Shown here piece by piece: positions 58,919-64,000 of a DNA stretch of 64,000 bases (positions are counted from its first letter, which is position 1; every line of letters starts with the position of its first letter). Source of the DNA: Candidatus Bathyarchaeia archaeon. Lineage in GTDB: Archaea > Thermoproteota > Bathyarchaeia > Bathyarchaeales > Bathycorpusculaceae. The translations under genes and the position numbers were made by a program. The notes beneath the pieces are model-generated. The model was given only the letters and a program-made list of their open reading frames with translations, did not search any database and was not told the DNA's origin. The DNA is taken from positions 32,001 to 96,000 of the forward strand of contig JAVZNC010000002.1 of NCBI GenBank assembly GCA_038882955.1, given 5' to 3'.

Positions 58919-58996
58919 CTACTTGTACCGTGCCCTTCTTTTTTGCCGCTTCTTCTTCTGTCTCTTCATCCTCTTCTTTTTCCATTTAGCCCGTAT
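58919..58996 (-). CDS. rpl41e: Ribosomal protein eL41 (eS32) with ATA at the start position
   Basis: (ATA)RAKWKKKRMKRQKKKRQKRRARYK*, 25 codons, matches [25 protein letters not shown]; in-frame TAG two codons upstream. Confidence 0.85.
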   Translation of the reverse strand: MRAKWKKKRMKRQKKKRQKRRARYK

Positions 58997-59020
58997 CTTC
59001 TACACGCTCCATACAAGCGC

Positions 59021-59644
59021 CTATTCTATTGTTGCATGCCTACGCTTTAAATCCTCTTCCGTCCGCCCCATCCTATGCATCAACTCAACAACAAGACTAT
59101 CCAAAAAAACCATACAGTTGTTCTCGAAGACACTTCCAAGTGGAGTTAGGGGCTCCCTCTCGCCCATAATTTGCCTAGCCAAATAATCCTCTTCTCTCGG
59201 CCACCCAGTTTTTGTTCTTCCTTTCACCGTTACTATGTGATCCGCCATTCTTCCAAGCTGGGATTCGGGAAACGATGTTATGGCGATCACCGTTGCGCCT
59301 ATTTCCTTTGCCGCTGCGCTAGCTGTTAAAACCATTTTTGTTGAGCCTGTTCCTGAAATTGCTATTAACAAGTCACCTTTTTCGGCTGCGGGAGTTATGG
59401 TTTCGCCTAGGAAGTAAACGTTGAATCCCAGATTCATGAGGCGCAGTGCAAAGGCTCTTGCGACGAAACCGCTTCTTCCCATGCCGACAATGAATATTTT
59501 CTTGTCTTTCGCTTCTAAAAGCAACTCAATTAGCCTTTCAACTTCCTTCATATTCAGTTCTTCAATTGAGCTTTTTATTCCGGCAATTATTTCGTTTGCC
59601 GCTGCCTTTAACCATTCCAATTTTTCAAGCTCCGAGAAAACCAT
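59021..59644 (-). CDS. hxlB: 6-phospho-3-hexuloisomerase
   Basis: GMGRSG, FALRLMNLG, GETITP, ISGTG, PLGSVFE, RHATIE. Confidence 0.92.
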   Translation of the reverse strand: MVFSELEKLEWLKAAANEIIAGIKSSIEELNMKEVERLIELLLEAKDKKIFIVGMGRSGFVARAFALRLMNLGFNVYFLGETITPAAEKGDLLIAISGTGSTKMVLTASAAAKEIGATVIAITSFPESQLGRMADHIVTVKGRTKTGWPREEDYLARQIMGEREPLTPLGSVFENNCMVFLDSLVVELMHRMGRTEEDLKRRHATIE

Positions 59645-59675
59645 TACAAATGTGTCCCTATTAAAAGTCTTGCGG

Positions 59676-60464
59676 TTAAATGAAACCTAAAAGTTTGCTT
59701 AATGAAGGAATTGCGAATGTTAAACGAATGTAGATGGCTGCGGCTAAAATTCCGATGGTTAGGGCTAGAAGAATAAAATCTTCACTGTGCATCTTCAGAA
59801 CGTAAAGGTTTGTGCGTTTCTTTGTTGCTCCCCACGCTCGGGATTCCATGGCTTCAGCGAGTTCGAGACTTCTTCTTATGGCGCTTATTATGAGCGGTAT
59901 CAATATCGGAATGTAATTTCTAATTCTTTTTAAGAAGTTTCCGCGTTCAAGCTCCAGTCCCCTTGCCTTTTGGGCATCCATTATTGTTTGGGCTTCTTCA
60001 GCGAGCACTGGAACGAAGCGCACTGCCGTTGTGAAGGCGAATGTAAACTCGTATGGCACATGCGTCTGTTCTAGGGCGAGGCTTAAAGTGTCTGGCGAAG
60101 TTGTTAAGAAGAATATTGAGAAGGATTCGACGAGTACTATAAAGCGCAATGTCAATGCTGAGGCATTTTCTAGACTTACCGCTAATGGGTAATGCGTAAA
60201 GAAATACGTTACAACAAAGTTTGTTAGAAAAATTATTGTTGCCAGAAAGGCTGCACCTCGCATAGAACGCATCCATTCACGTTTTACTCTGGCTAATAGG
60301 ACGAGGGGAACTTGCATAACAAACAGCACCATAAGCGGGATAAGCTCGCTAAAAATTATTGCTATCACAAATATTGCACATACATAAATGAACTTTATTC
60401 TAGGATCTAAATCATGAATTGGCGAATGAACCTTCCTAAACTTTAAGCCATCAAAAACGCTCAC
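59676..60464 (-). CDS. ecfT: ECF transporter T component
   Basis: LDPRIK, RFVP, AQKARG, AMESRA. Confidence 0.92.
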   Translation of the reverse strand: MSVFDGLKFRKVHSPIHDLDPRIKFIYVCAIFVIAIIFSELIPLMVLFVMQVPLVLLARVKREWMRSMRGAAFLATIIFLTNFVVTYFFTHYPLAVSLENASALTLRFIVLVESFSIFFLTTSPDTLSLALEQTHVPYEFTFAFTTAVRFVPVLAEEAQTIMDAQKARGLELERGNFLKRIRNYIPILIPLIISAIRRSLELAEAMESRAWGATKKRTNLYVLKMHSEDFILLALTIGILAAAIYIRLTFAIPSLSKLLGFI

Positions 60465-61285
60465 GGTTTCTTTCCCTCTAAAACGTTGAGCAAAATTTCG
60501 CGCGCTTCATAAACATCGATGACATCCTTCTTTAATCCCAAATCTGACAGTTGCGAAAAGATTTGTGTCACCTGCGGTTGGACAATTGATGCTTGAGTTA
60601 GAAGCTCCTGATTTGTTAGCACTTCTTTTGCTGGTCCGTCTGCAACAATTTTTCCTTCGCGCATCAACACGACCCTCGGGTTGCATTCTGCCACAAACTC
60701 GACGTCATGCGTGACTATTACAACCGTTTTTCGCTGAGTTTTCATTTGCATTATGAATTGCCGAAGTTTCTCCTTTTGCTGGTAATCCTGTCCTATTGTT
60801 GGCTCGTCCAAAATGAGTATTTTTGGGTTCCAAGCCAAGACTGAGGCTAATGCCACACGTTTTCTTTCGCCCCCGCTCAGCATGAAAGGCGAGGTTTTTC
60901 TGTATTGCGTTAAACCCAGAAGGTTTAGCGCCCATGTTACGCGCCTCTTTATTATGTTTTCTTTGAATCCGAAGTTTCGCAGCGCGAAGGCTATTTCTTC
61001 CTCGACTGTTTCGCTGAAAAGCTGATGGTCTGGGTTTTGGAACACAAACCCAACATTTCTGGCTAACGTTGCCACGCTTACTTTCGTTGTTTCAACTCCG
61101 TCAACTAGCACTCTGCCCCTCGTTGGTTTGAGGAGTCCGTTAAAATGTTTGACCAGTGTTGTTTTTCCAGCCCCGTTCTGTCCCATTATTGCCACGAATT
61201 CTCCATTCTCTATTTTTAGTGATACTCCTTTTAGGGCTTCAACGCCGTTTGGATATGTGAAATAGACATCTTCAACTTCAATCAT
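60461..61285 (-). CDS. ecfA: ECF transporter ATPase
   Basis: GQNGAGKT, FQNPDHQLF, LSGGE, DEPT. Confidence 0.93.
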   Translation of the reverse strand: MIEVEDVYFTYPNGVEALKGVSLKIENGEFVAIMGQNGAGKTTLVKHFNGLLKPTRGRVLVDGVETTKVSVATLARNVGFVFQNPDHQLFSETVEEEIAFALRNFGFKENIIKRRVTWALNLLGLTQYRKTSPFMLSGGERKRVALASVLAWNPKILILDEPTIGQDYQQKEKLRQFIMQMKTQRKTVVIVTHDVEFVAECNPRVVLMREGKIVADGPAKEVLTNQELLTQASIVQPQVTQIFSQLSDLGLKKDVIDVYEAREILLNVLEGKKP

Positions 61286-62133
61286 TTGCGCTTCAAAGCC
61301 TCCCTCAGCATTTTTGCCATCTCTTCAGAAGACAATGGAACAGTGCTGCCAAGCTTTACGCCGTCACTTTTAAGCATGTGGTAAAGCCTTGTCGCCTTTG
61401 GAATCCCTATGCCAATAAGACGCGTTTCTTGTAGGCTCAAAATTTCGCGTGGGTCGCCGTCTAAAACTACTTTTCCATCATCCATCACTATGATGTGGTC
61501 TGCATAAGCCGCCGTCAAATCCAACCTATGTTCAACAAGAATTACTGTTATTCCCAGTTTTCTATTCAAATCATAAATCACTTCAAATATTTTCTTCGCA
61601 CTTAAGGGATCGAGGAATGATGTTGGCTCATCCAAAACCACAACTTCTGGTTGCATAGCCAAGACTGACGCTATGGCAACGCGTTGTTGCTGTCCGCCAG
61701 AAAGCTCATGTGGCGGTCTATCTCTTAAGTCGTATATGCCCGTCAACTCTAAAGCCCAGTCAACCCTTTTGCGCATTTCTTCTCTTGGAACCCCAAGATT
61801 TTCAAGTCCAAAGGCTACGTCTTTCTCCACTGATAAAGCGAAGAGTTGGTTTTCTGGATTCTGAAATACAAGTCCAACATGTTTGGCTAGTTCGTAGGTG
61901 GGGTGTTCTGAAACCTTAAACCCTACCACCGTGATTTCGCCTTCAAGCGTTCCCTGATAAAAGTGTGGGATTAACCCGTTGAAGCATCTGCATAGTGTTG
62001 TTTTTCCGCAGCCACTTGGACCTGTGATTAACACGAATTCGCCTTTTTCTATTTTGATGGAGATGTCCCTAATTGAAGGCTTTGCTGCTCCTGGGTATGA
62101 GTATGTTAGAGCTTTTGTTTCGATTATCGCCAT
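61282..62133 (-). CDS. ecfA: ECF transporter ATPase
   Basis: GPSGCGKT, FQNPENQLF, LSGGQ, DEPT. Confidence 0.93.
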   Translation of the reverse strand: MAIIETKALTYSYPGAAKPSIRDISIKIEKGEFVLITGPSGCGKTTLCRCFNGLIPHFYQGTLEGEITVVGFKVSEHPTYELAKHVGLVFQNPENQLFALSVEKDVAFGLENLGVPREEMRKRVDWALELTGIYDLRDRPPHELSGGQQQRVAIASVLAMQPEVVVLDEPTSFLDPLSAKKIFEVIYDLNRKLGITVILVEHRLDLTAAYADHIIVMDDGKVVLDGDPREILSLQETRLIGIGIPKATRLYHMLKSDGVKLGSTVPLSSEEMAKMLREALKRK

Positions 62134-62187
62134 GCTCTTTTTCCCATTCTTATGTAGCAAAATTTCGTCTCATTTAAGAGTAGCTAC

Positions 62188-63183
62188 TTAATTTTGCTTT
62201 GCCAAACGTTCCTTTAAAAGGCGTAAACATTTCTTAAGTCCAGCTTCGATGTCGCCGACACCGTTCACTCCTGCGGCTGTAGCATGGCCCCCACCCATTC
62301 CGTTAAGCTGTTCTCCGAGAGGCTTGGCTATGTCTCTTCCCAAATGGGTATGCGTCTTCTCTACAAATTCGCTGGTGCATCTTAAGCTGATTTCTATATT
62401 TTCATTCTTCTGTCCAGCAACAACCGCAACATGCGCACCCAAATCTATTATGGCTCTTGCCGCGGATGCTTGGTAGGCACTAACATGCGAAAACGCGATA
62501 ATCCATTCCCCAACTTTAAAGAGTTTCGCTCTCCTGCACGCTTTAAGCCTTGCCACGCGCTCCGAAAAGTCCATTGGAAGGGCAAGCATTGAAAGCGCTT
62601 CCCTCGCGTTTACTCCAGCATCAACCAGCTCCGCTACACTTTTTAGTGTTGAAGAGCTTGCCAACACGAAGTGGCGTGTGTCAAAGGCTATTCCAAGAAA
62701 TAGAGCTTTAGCCTCATCCGCATTCACCTTGGCGCCCATCTCTTTGAAAAAGCCATAAACTATCTCGCATGTTGATGACGCCTCCTCATTTGTTATGCAT
62801 GCCTTCGCTATTTTCTGTGTCTCCGGATGGGCCGCGTGGTGATCTATAACGATTATTGGCGCCCTAGAGTTTTTCACTTTTTCAGCCAAATTGTTCAGCT
62901 GTTGAATGGTGTTCGTGTCAAGAAGTATTATGGATTCCGCTCTTTCAATGTTTGGCTGCACACTTACCGTGATCGGCAGGTTTTTCAGAAGATGCTTTGA
63001 AAGCCTGCTTATTCCTTGAGCTGCACCTATTTCGACTTCCAAGTTCGGTTTTAAACGTTTTAGTAAGCTTGAAAAAGCGTAAGCTGAACATATCGCATCT
63101 GGGTCTGCATTATGGTGGCATAGTAAAAGTGCAAACTTCGCATTTGATTCTTCCAATGTTCTTGTTATTTCTGCAAACGACAT
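62188..63183 (-). CDS. DHH-family phosphoesterase
   Basis: HHNADPDA, IDHH, DT, GGGHATAAG. Confidence 0.9.
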   Translation of the reverse strand: MSFAEITRTLEESNAKFALLLCHHNADPDAICSAYAFSSLLKRLKPNLEVEIGAAQGISRLSKHLLKNLPITVSVQPNIERAESIILLDTNTIQQLNNLAEKVKNSRAPIIVIDHHAAHPETQKIAKACITNEEASSTCEIVYGFFKEMGAKVNADEAKALFLGIAFDTRHFVLASSSTLKSVAELVDAGVNAREALSMLALPMDFSERVARLKACRRAKLFKVGEWIIAFSHVSAYQASAARAIIDLGAHVAVVAGQKNENIEISLRCTSEFVEKTHTHLGRDIAKPLGEQLNGMGGGHATAAGVNGVGDIEAGLKKCLRLLKERLAKQN

Positions 63184-63467
63184 TTGATTTCCCTCAAATA
63201 TTCCTCTGCAGCCCTAAACGCCTCTTTCACAGCCCCATCCACAAGGCTTTGCGCGTTATAATCCTTCATGATTCTCGTCAATGTAATGTCGACGTCAACG
63301 GTCAACGTCAATGGTTTGTTTCCTTCAGCCTCAGCGCTTACATTTAACATTTTTATTCCTTTCGAGGGAAGCCTCGAAAGCACATACTTCCTAGCAGCTT
63401 CTTCAGCCGTCGAGCATAATTCTTCCATCTGCGCGTCAGTCAACTCTGGAATGCCCGAGTCTTCCAC
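63165..63467 (-). CDS. DUF3194-like archaeal protein
   Basis: GIPELT..EELC..AEEAARKY...VDVDI...AVKEAF; lies next to prefoldin beta. Confidence 0.7.
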   Translation of the reverse strand: MEDSGIPELTDAQMEELCSTAEEAARKYVLSRLPSKGIKMLNVSAEAEGNKPLTLTVDVDITLTRIMKDYNAQSLVDGAVKEAFRAAEEYLREIKCRLQK

Positions 63468-63482
63468 ATTTTCACCCAGAGT

Positions 63483-63881
63483 TTACGGCGGGGGTGATGA
63501 TGGAGAAACTGGGCTCAAGTCCTGCTGAAGCTTGGCTTGTAAATCCTTTAGTTGACTGCGTAAACGTTCTTCTTGTTTGCCTAAAACCGTAGCACGTGTG
63601 TTGAGCAGCTCCTTCCTTTCGTTTAGGTCTGCTACAACCTTCGCCTTTTCAGCTTTCACCAAAAGTGTGCCGATAGCCCTATAAATTACGACGTCATCCG
63701 CCGTTTTCTGCAGTTCACTTAATGCCTGTTCAATTTCTGTAAGTTCAAGTTCCACTTGCTGTTTTTGCGCCAGAACTGATTGGAGAGTCTGCTGTAGCTG
63801 TTGAAGCCTCAAGAGACGTTCTTGAACATGGGGTGGAAGCTTTGAAATTTCTTCACTCACGTTTTGCACTTCCATCTGCAC
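63483..63881 (-). CDS. pfdB: Prefoldin beta subunit
   Basis: LPPHVQE..QLQQ coiled coil, IYRAIGTLLV beta-hairpin, second coiled coil. Confidence 0.92.
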   Translation of the reverse strand: MQMEVQNVSEEISKLPPHVQERLLRLQQLQQTLQSVLAQKQQVELELTEIEQALSELQKTADDVVIYRAIGTLLVKAEKAKVVADLNERKELLNTRATVLGKQEERLRSQLKDLQAKLQQDLSPVSPSSPPP

Positions 63882-63957
63882 AGCAATAAACCAAGCCCCT
63901 AATTAACATTTTCTAAGCCTCAAAAGCGTTTAGGATTCTAACTGAAAATTTATTGTA

Positions 63958-63999
63958 TCATTTTTCTAATTTTAGAGATTCTAAAACGTTAGATATCGA
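63958..63999 (-). CDS. C-terminal end of an upstream ORF (possibly KEOPS Pcc1), truncated by window edge
   Basis: ...SISNVLESLKLEK*; identity guessed only from the usual pcc1-pfdB gene order. Confidence 0.25.
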   Translation of the reverse strand, partial: SISNVLESLKLEK

Positions 64000-64000
64000 G

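Noticed and set aside
58893-58985. ATG-initiated acidic ORF MEKEEDEETEEEAAKKKG... overlapping eL41
   Set aside because: An alternative frame of purine-rich eL41 codons; the eL41 match is far more specific.
1-64000. CRISPR arrays, rRNA, complete tRNAs, transposases, integrases, inteins
   Set aside because: None recognised by eye; polB, infB, topA and top6AB are of normal length.

Overview
Archaeal chromosomal window. The gene set (PolB1-type polymerase, topoisomerase VI, two thermosome subunits, AglB, CarS, TackOD1 protein, PEF-CTERM protein) is most consistent with a TACK archaeon, probably Bathyarchaeia; this is an inference, not a phylogenetic result. Most of it is dense housekeeping DNA: translation (aIF5B, ABCE1, Sua5, Cgi121, THUMP, RsmB), replication and repair (top6AB, topA, polB, nth, nfo, radB-like), chaperones, Moco (moeA x2, SAMP), partial histidine utilisation, N-glycosylation/lipid genes, a type IV pilus locus and an ECF module. 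One short AT-rich insert (about 5940-7710) carries a wHTH-like gene coupled to a NYN nuclease and ends in a perfect 37-bp palindrome. The strongest signals lie below the ORF-track threshold: an orphan 5' piece of tRNA-Glu ending at a BHB-compatible 21/22 junction (candidate split tRNA), a structured anti-SD leader before queT (candidate preQ0/preQ1 riboswitch), an eL41 gene whose Met1 position is ATA, a 24-aa Glu/Trp microprotein upstream of ABCE1, a 52-aa 7-Cys microprotein and a candidate C/D-box sRNA. All family calls come from motif recognition by eye; no database searches were run. Some start codons were moved from the ORF-track positions using SD motifs and expected domain boundaries.
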